From NCBI GenBank assembly GCA_951406725.2, contig OX597825.1:70432001-70496000 (forward strand): 64,000 bases of DNA. Direction: 5' to 3'. How positions within the stretch are numbered: position 1 is the stretch's first letter; every line of letters begins with the position of its first letter. Source of the DNA: Octopus vulgaris (Eukaryota). This document shows positions 12,800 to 26,131 of this stretch, one piece after another. The position numbers and the translations under genes are program-made. Under the pieces are notes generated by a model. The model had not been told where the DNA came from and made no database searches. It saw only the letters and a list, made by a program, of their open reading frames with translations.

Positions 12800-13900
12800 A
12801 GGGCTTACATACAGTAGTTGTATGATGACTACCAGAAGGCTACAAGAAGACTACCGAATAGTCGTTTGAGCGAGCGCTTTTTCTGCCAGATATTTAAAAC
12901 AGCATTTGAGATTCGAGTGTAGTTGCCATCGACTCCTGTCTCCACATGTTTGGTGAGTGTCCAAGTAGTGGAGTTAGACACAAGCACTGATTCCACTGTA
13001 GCTCGGAAGAAGCTTCTGATATGCTCGTTAAGGTGGCTGAAGTCATCAATTACAGACATGCTTTCAAGATGCTAAAATTTTTCATTGTTTTCTGTAGAAT
13101 GCCAATGTTAGTTCTTAAACATACCAAGGAGTTTAAAGATTTTAGAAGGGTATTCTTTGCAGTTCTCATTCCCACGTGATTGCAGCAGATGTATTCAGTT
13201 TTTGAGGCACTGGCATGAATAACTTCTGCCTCTTTTTAAAGGTTATGTGGAAGAGTGATAACTTCTGAGATACTATGACTAATGAGAGAGACGTCAGTTG
13301 CATAACCTTAGTTAGTTATCTGTTTCTTTATTATCCACAAGGGGCTAAACATAGAGGGGACAAACAAGGACAGACAAACGGATTAAGTCGATTACATCGA
13401 CCCCAGTGCGTAACTGGTACTTAATTTATCGACCCCGAAAAGATGAAAGGCAAAGTCGACCTCGGCGGAATTTGAACTCAGAACGTAGCGGCAGACGAAA
13501 TACGGCAACGCATTTCGCCCGACATGTTAACAAATCTGCCAGCTCACCGTCTTCCTTACGACCTTGATTTTGAAATTAATTGCTTGTACGGATTGTCCGT
13601 CCCCTACTGGCTACTTATCGGGTGTGGCATATACATACTGTGGCAAAGTCGATCTCGGCGGAATTTGAACTCAGAACGTAACGGCAGACCAAATACGGCT
13701 ACGCATTTCACCCGGCGTGCTAACGGTTCTGCCAGCTCACCGCCTTTATCTTAGTTAGTTATCGTGATAAGGTGACAAGGGAAAGAGGATTCTTATTCTA
13801 GCGATGTTAAGTCTTACATTTTATTAATTGATGTGCGAAGGACACAGGCCCCCACTGCTTTTAAATAGAAAGAGTGCTTGCGTAAAGCTCTGTAAGGCAG
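12800..13900 (-). mobile_element. Decayed non-LTR retrotransposon RT fragment interrupted by a SINE
   Basis: Minus-strand translation FFRATVESVLVSNSTTWTLTKHVETGVDGNYTRISNAVLNIW (typical post-RT LINE motif), a degenerate YADD (YATDVSLISHS) near 13300, and VLRTSINK near 13830-13850. Confidence 0.75.
13321..13749 (-). mobile_element. Composite SINE family B insertion with 14-bp TSD
   Basis: cttagttagttatc at 13307-13320 and 13750-13763. It contains a full copy, about 90 bp of unrelated sequence and a second head. Confidence 0.85.
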
Positions 13901-14384
13901 CTACATAGTTCAGACAATTTATAATTTGGAGAGTTGCAAGTGTAGCGCCCTGCAAGACACCTACATAGTCCAAATATTTATAAACAGGAAGGATGCAAGC
14001 GTATCATCTTATATGACGTCTGCATTGATGCTGAAGAAGTCGATGTCTCTGTCAGATGAACGTAGGATCTAGATCTTACGTAAAGCATACTTACTGCAGC
14101 TATTTCTTATAGGGCACATCGTACGAAAGAGGAATTTCCCATATGTTTCCTGTGTAAACTGTACTGAAGGCTTTTGGAAAAACAACTTCCAGGAAAAACT
14201 GTATCTAGATTTTTTTATCCCGAAAAACTCAATCTAAATTTTTTTATTCTGACTGCTAAAATTTCTCCAGTAGTAAACGAACAATTCTTAAACCAAATTT
14301 ATTTTATTTGCAAGACCTTATTGAATGTATCTGCGTATGCGCGTGCTTGTGTGTGTGTGTGTGTGTGTGTGTATACTCTTAGTC

Positions 14385-14617
14385 TTTTACTCTTTTACTT
14401 GTTTCAGTAGTTTGACTGTGACCATGCTGGAGCACCGCCTTTAGTCGAGCAAGTCGACCCCAGGATATATTTTCTGGATATATAACCTAGAACTTATTCT
14501 ATCGGTCTCTTTTGCCGAAGCACTAAGTTACAGGGACGTAAACACACCACCATCGGTTGTCAAGCGATGTTGGGGGAGCAAACACAGACACACAAACATA
14601 TACACAAACGTACACAT

Positions 14618-14667
<50 letters not shown>

Positions 14668-14830
14668 GACGGGCTTCTTTCAGTTTCCGTCGACCAAATC
14701 CACCCACAAGGATTTGGTTGGGTCGAGGCCATAGTAGAAGACAGTTGCCCAAGGTGCCACGCAGTGGGACTGAACCCGGAACCATGTGGTTGGTAAGCCA
14801 GCCACTTACCACACAGCCACTCCTACGCCT
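14385..14830 (-). mobile_element. SINE family A copy
   Basis: Reverse complement of the 12387-12778 consensus. Confidence 0.88.
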
Positions 14831-15294
14831 ATATATCTATGCTTACAAACACATGCTCATAAATACACATATTTAGACGTACTTGTATACATATACGCGT
14901 ATATATATATAGCTACACATGTATAACTATACATGCTTCTATGCACATATATATAATTATATAGATATATATATATATATATACGCATATGCATGTCATG
15001 CACATATACACACGCACATAGTATAAAGCATATGTATCTCTTTCCATTTTACTTTATTTGAATAGTTCTTAGAAATAAGGAGCTGCTTTCTATCAACAAA
15101 ACAAAGCCCCATTGCTAAAACTTAGATAACAACTCTACGTATGCATATAACTGAATTATATGATGGATGCATGTATGAGTAAACATGTCTGCGTGTGCGT
15201 GTGTATGAGTGTATGTATGCTTGTATATATCACTATGTACCACAATGTATGTACACATATAAGCATATGTTTATACAGTATTTATATATCCGTT

Positions 15295-15340
<46 letters not shown>

Positions 15341-16204
15341 TGTATGTATGTATGTATGTATGTATGTATGTATGTATGTATGTACCCCGTGGGACCTAGA
15401 TTGATACAAAACTAAGGCTATAAATGGTTATATCACTTATTCGTATAAATACGTGTATATGTTCACAAAAACATGTTTATAAGGACATCACATATTGGCA
15501 CGCCAACGCAAATTGAATGCGCGCACTGATATATATACATATATATATACATACATATATAATATATACACAAGCTCACACACACAAACGGCAGACGTAG
15601 AAATTAACATATCCACTTGTGAGCAATCGCTTGTAAAAGCACATATGTTAAATGGCACACATATGTTCAAAGTACACACCCATACACTCATATATACACA
15701 TATGTGTACATAAATATATATATCTATTTATGTACAAAATATATATATCTATTATGCACAAAATATATAAACGCATACGTATGCACACGTACATATCCAT
15801 ATGTATATATATATATATATAAACACACGCATATGCGTATGTTTAAATATTTCTTTTACATATGTATATATTATATATGTTTATATATATACACATATAT
15901 ACTTATATAATGATATATATATAATTATAAAACAAGAAAGACAGAGACAGGCAGAAACAAGGAAAATGTCACTTGTATTTGAATACTATGCAAATATTCT
16001 TAAAAAAAAAACTTTTCTTTTAATTTTTCTAAATTTAAGTGTTTAATTGTTACAGTTGAAAATGTCTCAATGACTGACACCGGTACTAAAATGTTTTTTA
16101 TAAAATTATTTTAGCATTTTCTATCTTGACTTTTTTTACAAACATATATATATATGTATATATAGATAAATGAAAGAATGGAGTCGAACGACGATTTAAC
16201 AAAA

Positions 16205-16304
16205 TCCCTTTATTCTCGACACATGTTTCGAAGACTGCATATTCTTAATTCCGAAGGAATAAAGGGTGCATTATGCCGTCTTCTCATCAGGAAAGACAAG
16301 GAAC
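16205..16304 (-). ncRNA. Candidate minimal type I hammerhead ribozyme (intact core)
   Basis: Minus strand: tttc-CTGATGA-GAAGAC...GTCTTC-GAAA-C-ATGT-GTC-gaga. All core nucleotides are present, stem II is 6+5 bp, stem III is palindromic (ACATGT) and the cleavage triplet is GUC. Confidence 0.7.
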
Positions 16305-16448
16305 TTATGTCAGCATCATGACGAACAAAAACTTTTAGATGACTGCCCACACGGCATGTAGCTTCAACCGTGCTTTCTGAAGTAAATTTGCTACACGGGT
16401 ATCGGTTAACCGAATTATCCATACTAGGATAATTCATTCAACTACTTA

Positions 16449-16529
<81 letters not shown>

Positions 16530-16867
16530 TATGAGAGGTAAGGATGTCAAGAAGACCCAAAGGTGTCAGGTAATGTTGAGTAAGTGCTATGGACATACTA
16601 TATCACGATGAAGGGATATGGATATATAAAATATCCCGGAAACAGCTGCAAGACTACTTTAGAAATGTTCTGAAATCTTTCACAGCCTAGGATTTTAATC
16701 TGATTCCATTAATACATATATATATATATAAAACATTACGTTTAGCTATGTTTTAAATATACCGTAAATGGTCTTTTTACATACTGAACACTACTTGGTA
16801 AAATTATTAATTAATAATTAATTAATTTTTACCCTTTTATTATTGACTATATATATATATATATATA

Positions 16868-17266
16868 GGCGCAGGAGTGGCTTTGTGGTAAGTAGCTTGC
16901 TTACCAACCAGATGGTTTCCGGATTCAGTCCCACTGCGTGACACCTTTGGCTAGTGTCCTCCACTATAGCCTTGGGCCGGCCAAAGCCTTGTGAGTGGAT
17001 TTGGTAGACGGAAACTAAAAGAAGCCTGTCGTGCATATGTATATATATGTGAATGTGTATATATGATTGTGTGTCTTTGTTTGTCCCCCAACATCGCTTG
17101 ACAACCGATGGTGGTGTGTTTACGTCCCCGTCACTTAGCGGTTCGGCAAAAGAAGACAGATAGAATAAGTACTAGGCTTCCAAAGAATAAGTCCTGGGGT
17201 CGATGTGCTCGACTAAAGGCGGTGCTCCAGCATGGCCGCAGTCAAATGGCTGAAACAAGTAAAAGA

Positions 17267-17267
<1 letters not shown>
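16868..17267 (+). mobile_element. SINE family A copy
   Basis: Colinear with the consensus; flanked by (TA)n. Confidence 0.88.
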
Positions 17268-17316
<49 letters not shown>

Positions 17317-17381
17317 GGAGTAAACACATAAATGTGAAACAAGGTGGAAAAAAGAGTACTCAAATACCAGTGGTAGAGTAA

Positions 17382-17520
17382 TATGCTTTATTTTAAGCAG
17401 CAGAAAATTCAACAAAATCTGTTACTCTGAGTTTCTCGTTGCCGTTCATTAGGAACGGCAACGAGAAACTCAGATTAACAGATTTTGTTGAATTTTCTGC
17501 TAGCTTAAAATAAAGTATAT
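17382..17520. repeat. Inverted repeat (~65-bp arms, 5-nt spacer)
   Basis: gcagaaaattcaacaaaatctgttactctgagtttctcgttgccgttc-attag-gaacggcaacgagaaactcagattaacagattttgttgaattttctgc. Confidence 0.88.
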
Positions 17521-18017
17521 ATATATATATATGAGTGTATGGTGTGTACTTTGAGCTAAAGATGGTTTGAAATTAAGGCAACAAATGTTTTATTCTGTCA
17601 TGAGAATAAATATGTAGCAGATATAATGAAAATATATCTTTGAAGGAAGCGTATCCGGCGTTTCCAACAAAATCTTTCTTCAAGAAAAAACGCGAATTCA
17701 TCGGTCTCGTCCACGAGAACGTAGACTTAACAGAGACCAGCTGCAAATGGCAAATTATGAGATATTGTGACATGTGTAGGAGGGAAGTGGTCAGATAAGA
17801 GGAAAATTGATGTTTGACGTAGAGCGAGAAAATATGAGAAGGGAAGGAAGGGCAGGATATTTGGTCATTTTAATTTCAGGAAAGGGATTTTATATATATA
17901 TATATATTAGTCAGGACAATTTCCTCTATATGTGTGTGAGTGCGTATGTAAAACATACTATCCAGTAACCGAGTCTCCACTGTCGATGTGTATGTGTGAT
18001 CATATACATACACACCA

Positions 18018-18067
<50 letters not shown>

Positions 18068-18255
18068 CGGTTCTCGTCCGATCACCAAATTTAAATGACA
18101 TCGAGCTTTAAATGACGTCGAGCTGATTTAGTGCTTAGAAAGGTGGCCGCTTGGGAAACTTAGGTGCTGTGAGCTTCTCACATTTTGAAGGCGTTGCCCC
18201 AGCATGACCGCAGTGCAATGACAGAAACAAGTAATGTGTGTGTGTGTGTGTGTGT

Positions 18256-18302
<47 letters not shown>

Positions 18303-18943
18303 CAAAAGCCCTCAAATGCAAAATTCCAGTCTCTGATTTATGCACTATCTCCATCTTGCTCTCTCTCTCCCTCTCTCTCTCCCTCTCCATCTCTCTCCGT
18401 TTCAAACACTCACGCACACACACATGCACACACACACACACACACACATAAAGAGCCATACACATGCCACAGCCTTTCTTTCCCTGCCCCGTCTCTCTCA
18501 CACACACATACCATAAGCATGTACATGCGCACGAGCTCACACACACACATACACACACACATACACACACACACATACACACACACATACACACACACAC
18601 ATACATACACACGCACGCACGCGTACATGCACGCACTCACAGCAACAGAAACATGCAGATGAACTCAAAACTATTGCTGACAGTGAAGTCAGCAAAGCGG
18701 GTGAGTCAGTGAATCTTCCCCGACGTACACAGTACCCGCTCGCCCACTCACGCAATATACCCCGACACCCGGTACACATAAGCCATGTAGACATCTAGAC
18801 ACCCCGTTTTACTATTTCCTACGACATTATTTATGTAGAGTTGAGTGCTAAATGCTATTTTATGAAACAATTTTTATCCGCTCTTGATGCGCTTATGTAT
18901 GTGAGCACGCACACACACACACACACGCATATATATATATATA

Positions 18944-19339
18944 CTAGCAGTATCGCCCGGCATTGCTCGGGTTTGTAAGGGAAATAACTATATAAGCATT
19001 TTTAGAGTTATAGCCAAAAATTAGCAAAAAAATGCATTAAAAATGGAAAACAAATGATGGTAAATTTTTTTAAAATCGTTAACTCATCGTAGACATTTTT
19101 AGAGAGTTACTTCCCTTATATAATAGCGAAAAAAATGCATTAAAATGGAAAAAAATTTGGTAAATTTTTTTTTTAAATCGTAGACTCATCGTAGACGCGC
19201 GCTAATACCCAGAAGGGCTCGATATGAATCACGACTATAAGATACCCGGTTTTGGTTAAACTGCACCGCAAAATGTTGGAGTAGTTAGGAATCTAAATCG
19301 TAGGAGACAGACACACAACTTGACTTTTATATATAAAGA
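18944..19339 (-). mobile_element. Non-autonomous Helitron, same 3' end family as 5315-5701
   Basis: Minus-strand 5' TCTTTATATATAAAAG; 3' hairpin CCCGAGCAATGCCGGG plus CTAG. Shares about 130 bp with the 5315 copy. Confidence 0.75.
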
Positions 19340-19471
19340 TATATGTGCCACTGTGCGGCACCTTGGGCCACTGTCTTCTACTATAGCTCCGAGCCGACCA
19401 AAGCCTTGTCTGTGGATTTGGTCGACGGAAACTGAAAGAAGCTCGTCATGTGTGTGTATGTGTGTGTGTAG

Positions 19472-19850
19472 AGGCTCAATGGCCCAGTGGATAGGACAGC
19501 GGACTCGAAGTCGTAGGATCGTGGTTTCGATTCCCAGACAGGGCGTTGTGAGTGTATATTGAGCGAAAACACCTAAAGCTCCACGATGCTCCGGCAGGGA
19601 ACGGTGGAGAACCCTGTTGTACTCTCTCACCACAACTTTCTCTCACTCTTTCTTCCTGTTTCTGTTGTACCTGTATTTCAAAGGGGCCAGTCTTGTCACA
19701 CTCTGTGTCACGCTGAATTTTCCCGAGAACTACGTTAAGGGTACACGTATCTGTAGAGTACTCAGCCACTTGCACGTTAATTTCACAAGCCGGCTGTTCC
19801 ATTGATTGGATCAACTGGAACCCTCGTCGTCGTAACCAATGGAATGCCAC
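19472..19850 (+). mobile_element. tRNA(Arg-like)-derived SINE family C
   Basis: Head GGCTCAATGGCCCAGTGGATAGG...GACTCGAAGTC...GGTTTCGATTCCC. The tail (tgtcacactctgtgtcacgctgaat...ctcagccacttgcacgttaatttcac...ctgttcc) is shared with 3020-3170 and about 24345-24415; related heads at about 2903, 20968(-) and 58490. Confidence 0.75.
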
Positions 19851-19939
19851 GATATATATATATATATGTCCTTTCATTATCAGTCGTCCGTAGACAAAAC
19901 CGCAACGCCTTGATGTCATAATTTGTAATGATTATATCC

Positions 19940-20162
<223 letters not shown>

Positions 20163-20660
20163 GTCAATATATGGTTTTTTAAAAGGTTGAATGCGAATTC
20201 GTCCTTTAATTGGAATAGTTTTCTAAAGATTTCTAACACTGTTTTTTTCATATTTTACTTTGAATTTACTGGTGTAAATTAGCGTAGATATGAAAAGTTA
20301 TATAGGTATATTAAGTATATGATTTAACTTATTTAAACAAAGTTCAACAAATTCAATCATATTTTACGTAAATGGAGGAGATTAGATGTTAATACGGATG
20401 ATAATTTCTTTTTTTAATTCATGTAGCTATACAATCGTTTCATACAGAAACTTCTTTTGAAAAATCTGAGTTGTCAAAAAGTACTCGTCAGTAGCTGGAA
20501 ATAAGAGAAACAAAACCTAAAATGACGTTAGGATTACATAGGTATGGTGTTCTTATTTTTGTAATGCGTTATTTTCTTGGAGTCATGTCTATTTAAAACA
20601 AGATTGAATTTGTTGAACTTTGATAAGTTGAATCATATACTTAATATGTATGTATGTATG

Positions 20661-20721
<61 letters not shown>

Positions 20722-20734
20722 ATCACTGTGTCGA

Positions 20735-20968
20735 TCAGAATATCCGATGTCATTATACCCCACAGGCTTGATGGGCAGGTCAACATTTCCCTTGAACGGA
20801 TCACTAGTTCGCCGCGTGGTTGGCAAGTTATTTACGACTGAGTGGACTGGGGCAACGCAAAATGAAATGGTTTGCTGAAGGACACAACGCATCGCCCGAT
20901 CTGGGGATCGAAACCAGATATCGTGCGATCGTGAGTGGAATACACTAACCACTAAGCCACGCGCCTTC
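20735..20968 (-). mobile_element. SINE with family C-like head
   Basis: Minus strand GGCGCGTGGCTTAGTGGTTAG...GGTTTCGATCCCCAGATCGGGCG...GTGTCCTTCAGCAAACC. Confidence 0.65.
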
Positions 20969-21122
20969 ATATGTGTGTGTGTGCGCATATGTGTGTGTGT
21001 GCGCATATGTGTGTGTGTGCGCATATGTGTGTGTGTGCGCATATGTGTGTGTGTGCGCATATGTGTGTGTGTGCGCATATGTGTGTGTGTGCGCATATGT
21101 GTGTGTGTGCGCATATGTGTGT
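20969..21122. repeat. 18-bp tandem repeat (catatgtgtgtgtgtgcg) x ~8
   Basis: Perfect copies visible directly. Confidence 0.9.
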
Positions 21123-21193
21123 GTGTGTGTGTGTGATATAATATATATAGTACATCATTCAAATATATATAGCATATCATTCAATATATATAT

Positions 21194-21350
21194 AGGAGTG
21201 GCTGTGTGGTAAGTAGCTTGCTAACCAACCACATGGTTCCGGGTTCAGTTCCACTGCGTGGCATCTTGGACAAGTGTTTTCTGCTATAGCCCCGGGCCGA
21301 CCAATGCCTTGTGAGTGGATTTGGTAGACGGAAACTGAAAGAAGCCTGTC

Positions 21351-21389
<39 letters not shown>

Positions 21390-21607
21390 GTGTGTGTTTG
21401 TGTGTCTGTGTTTGTCCCCCTAGCATTGCTTGACAACCAATGCTAGTGTGTTTACATCCCCGTCACTTAGCAGTTCGGCAAAAGAGACCGATAGAATAAG
21501 TACTGGGCTTACAAAGAATAAGTCCCGGGGTCGATCTGCTCGACTAAAGGCGGTGCTCCAGCATGGCCGCAGTCAAATGACTGAAACAAGTAAAAGAGTA
21601 AAAGAGT
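21194..21607 (+). mobile_element. SINE family A copy
   Basis: Colinear with the consensus; tail GTAAAAGA repeated. Confidence 0.88.
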
Positions 21608-22254
21608 AATATATGACTTACACACGCATACATATGTATACATATGTATGTATGTATGTACGTACGTACGAGTAGATAGATAATAATTTCCGTTTGAGGC
21701 AGATATGCAGATATGTGGCAAAAGTTTAAGTAAAACAGTAAACAGAAGTGGAAAGAAAGAAGGAAAATAAGGAAAGCAGAAAGACCAGAAAGAAGCTATA
21801 AGACGGAATTCGAAAATGAAAATGTCACCGAACACTTAGGAAATGATAAGCGCTTTTTAAATAATACTTTATTGTTAGTGAAGTAGTATTTGTGGTTTGT
21901 ACATCATTTACCACATAACTGTTATGGGTTTGGTCTTATATTTTGCAATTCTGCTTCTACTCAAATGGACTTTCTTACAGAATATATGGTATAGATTTAT
22001 TCTCTTGCGTATCGTAGTATCATAGCGAAATACTGTTTTTCTGTCTTTTTTTTTAGCTTTTCTGATTTGATTTTATTCATTTATTATTATTATTATTATT
22101 TTGTATTTGGTTTTCAACATTCTTAAAATGAAATCGTCTGTTCAAAACAGATTTGTGTTGTATCTTGGGTGGGTCATTATGTCAGTAATAAACACGCACT
22201 GGCTCCATTTCACTTCTCTTAACATGATTATTATCATCTTTATCATCATCATCA

Positions 22255-22318
<64 letters not shown>

Positions 22319-22510
22319 TATTATTATTATTATTATTATTAATATTATTATTATTATTAAAGCAACGAGTTGGCAGAATCGTTATCGCGACGGAGAATTG
22401 CTAAACGGCATTTCGTCCATCTTTTCGTATTCGTGAGTTCAAATTTCTCTGATGTCGACTTCGCCTTGTATCCTTTTGAGGTCGATGAAGCAAAGTAGCA
22501 ATCAAGTACT

Positions 22511-22561
<51 letters not shown>

Positions 22562-22707
22562 GGACGAACGGATAGCTAGATAGATCTGCCTGGGGTTAAA
22601 CTAGTAGTAATGTTGAACAGCCATTTTGATGTGGGGATTAACTTTACTTGTTAGTATAGTTAATACTCTGATCTCTTCTTGAGATTTTACAACTAGCTAT
22701 TTTCCTT

Positions 22708-22758
<51 letters not shown>

Positions 22759-22804
22759 GGATGGATGGATGAAAATACTACAAATACAAAGGAAAAGGGA
22801 ATGA

Positions 22805-22960
22805 GTAGCTGTGTGGTAAGTAGCTTGCTAACCAACCACATGGTTCCGGGTTCAGTCCCACTGCGTGGCATCTTGGGCAAGTGTCTTCTGCTATAGCCCC
22901 GGGCCGACCAATGCCTTGTGAGTGGATTTGGTAGACGGAAACTGAAAGAAGCCTATCGTA

Positions 22961-23006
<46 letters not shown>

Positions 23007-23204
23007 TGTGTGTTTGTCTGTCCTTGTTTGCCCTCTCTATGTTTAGCCCCTTGTGGGTTGTAAAGAAATAGGTATTTCGTCTGCCGTTACGTTCTGATTT
23101 CAAAATCCACCGAGGTCGACTTTCCCTATCACCCTTTCGGGGTCAATAAATTAAGTAACAGTTACGCTTTGGGGTAACTGTTGGGGTAAAAGAAGCCTAT
23201 CGTA

Positions 23205-23252
<48 letters not shown>

Positions 23253-23475
23253 CATATATGTATATATATATATACATATATGTATGTTTGTGTTTGTCCC
23301 CCTAGCATTTCTTGACAACCGATGCTGGTGTGTTTGCGTCCCCGTCACCTAGCGGTTCGGCAAAAGAGACCGATAGAATAAGTACTGGGCTTACAAAGAA
23401 TAAGTCCCGGGGTCGATTTGATCGACTAAAGGCGGTGCTCCAGCATGGCCGCAGTCAAATGACTGAAACAAGTAA
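22805..23475 (+). mobile_element. SINE family A copy interrupted by rearranged family B pieces
   Basis: Family A head at 22805-22960, family B segments at about 23010-23170, family A tail at 23190-23475. The sequence aaagaagcctatcgtatatatgta is duplicated on both sides of the insert. Confidence 0.75.
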
Positions 23476-23924
23476 TAAAAAAAAGAGAAACAGTTTATTG
23501 TACAAATGTAATATTTGTGGTTTATACATTGTTTAGTAGTACTGCTTTTGTCTCACTATGAGGCATCTTAGATAAGTGGTGCAGCCGGAGCTTGTGCCGC
23601 CGGAGCTTGTGCCGCCAGGGGCAACCCTTGAGTTCACTGCTCAAACCATTTTGCACCAAAGCCTATACAGGATTATACGGCAAACCGAAAAGTGCCGTCC
23701 CGATAAAAAGCGTCATCCGGGCCGCACCATCACCCTTCACCTCTCGGGTTCCCGCCCCTCACCTTTAGCTACGCTACTAGTCCTGAGGCGGTCCAGGTAG
23801 ATCTTTCGGGAGCAAGGGAGCCTAGGGAATAGGAGGAAACTGTACAGAAGCCTATCTGATGGGATATAGCTGTAATTCAAAGCCCCAGACTTTTCGCACT
23901 CGTTGCATGCTTACTTGCGTATTC

Positions 23925-24322
23925 TTTTCTATACTAGGCACAAGGCCCGACATTTTTGGAGAGGGCGGGCAGTCGATTAGATCGACCCCCAGAACGTAAC
24001 TGGTACTTAATTTATTGACCCCGAAAGGGTGATAGGGAAAGTCGACCTCGGCGGATTTTGAAATCAGAACGTAACGGCAGACGAAATACCTATTTCTTTA
24101 CTACCCACAAAGGGCTAAACATAGAGAGGACAAACAAGGACAGACAAACGGATTCAGTCGATTACATCGACCCCAGTGCGTAACTGGTACTTATTTAATC
24201 GATCCCGAAAGGATGAAAGGCAAAGTCGACCTCGGCGGAATTTGAACTCAGAACGTAACGGCAGACGAAATACCGCTAAGCATTTTGCCCGGCGTGCTAA
24301 CTATTCTGCCAGCTCGCCGCCT
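23925..24322 (-). mobile_element. SINE family B dimer with ~16-bp TSD
   Basis: tgcttacttgcgtatt (about 23908) and tgcttacctgcgtatt (about 24324). Confidence 0.82.
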
Positions 24323-24743
24323 CTGCTTACCTGCGTATTGAATCAAAGGTACATGTGCCTGTGGAATACTCGGCCACGTTGCAGCTTAATTCAACGAGCA
24401 CGTTGTTCTGTTGTTCAAACGATTGTGCTCTTAGTTTCAGAACTCAAGCGTAAAGTGTTCGGTTGCCAAAATTATTTTTTCAACTCCGGTATTTATGTAC
24501 TCAGTTTCTTTTTAAGTCTTGTACTAATTATCTCGGTCTATTCTTGCAGAACCGTTAAGGGGCGTGTAAAGGCCAATACCAGTTGTCAAGCGGCAGGGAC
24601 GATAAACATACCCTCACACACACTCACGCACACACACACACACACACACTCTCTCTCTCTCTCACACACACTCACATACATACACACACATTTGATTTGA
24701 TCGAGCCGTTTGAGAATGCATAGGGAATAAACATAGAATTTTA

Positions 24744-24975
<232 letters not shown>

Positions 24976-25409
24976 TACACACGCACGTGTTTGTGTGAGC
25001 ACTGACACTTACGTTCTGTTGCACATGTATTATTATGACATACGACGGAGTCAGCAAAGCATCCGGTGAGTGAGTCAGTGAGCCTTTCCTAGACGTCCTG
25101 TCCACCTACACATACAGTAAGCTTAACGCACTCGTTAGACCAAGTCCACCCCCACCTCTCTCAGTATTTCCAGTACGCCCACACTCCACTCACTTCCTAA
25201 TACCACCAGTTCCTGGAATCCACCCAAACACCTCATTTCAACACCATTCATATTCGGTTGTTTCACATGAAATGTCGCATTTTTAATTACATGTTATCTC
25301 AGTTATCTAAAAACCCAGTTATGTATACCATGCATTTAATCTTGGCCCTATTTCTTTCCCAACAATGTTGGTATACAAAATTGGTACCCACAGACCTTCT
25401 GAAAATGAT

Positions 25410-26131
25410 AATAACCAAACTATGTTGAGTGATTTTCTCGTATCAGTACAAACTGGGTCACTCTGCCGCGGAAGCTCTACGGAATATCAAGCGAGCCTTT
25501 GGTAATGGTTTTGTTGATGTCAGAACTGCTCAGAGATGGTTCCAAAGCTCTCGTTCAAGAGATGAATAGCCTTGAAAATAAAGCAAGGAGTAGGCCAAAA
25601 TCAGTTGTTCAGCATGATGGATTAAATGCTTTGGTTGAACAAAACCCGAGAACAAAGGTTCGAAGACATTCATCAGAACTCCAAACATCTCGCACAACTG
25701 TTTTTGGACACCAGTAAAATATTGGGAAAGTTAAGAAAACAGATAGGTTTGTTCCACATCAACTGAACGAGATTTTTAAAAAAATAGACGCCTCGAAGTG
25801 TGCTTCTTATTGCTTTCTCGACTGGAAAAAGAACCATTTTTGCATCGAATCATTACTTGTGATGAGAAATGGATGCTCTTTGACAACAGCAGGAGAACAG
25901 GACAGTGATTAGATGCAGGAGAGTCACCTAAACACCACCCAAACCCACCATTGCATCCTAAAAAGTTACTGGTCACTGTATGGTGGTCTTCGAAGGGAGT
26001 TATTCATTATTCATATTTGCAACAAGGGAAAACGGTAACAGCAACATCGTATTGCCAAGAAATTGATTGTATGCATGAGATTTTGAAAAAGAAGCAGCCA
26101 AGACTAGTGAATAGAGATGGCCCAATTTTGA
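25410..26131 (+). mobile_element. Decayed mariner transposase (Tc1/mariner), truncated by a SINE array
   Basis: Frameshifted translation gives YKLGHSAAEALRNIKRAFG...RTAQRWF (HTH), DRFVPHQL (WVPHEL-like), FLHRIITCDEKW (first catalytic D) and HPKKLLVTVWWSSKGVIHY...LVNRDGPIL. It has stops and frameshifts and ends before the HDNA motif. Confidence 0.92.

Noticed and set aside
19472-19545. tRNA-Arg gene
   Set aside because: A and B boxes are present but there is no proper acceptor stem, and it continues into a repeat body, so it is a SINE head.
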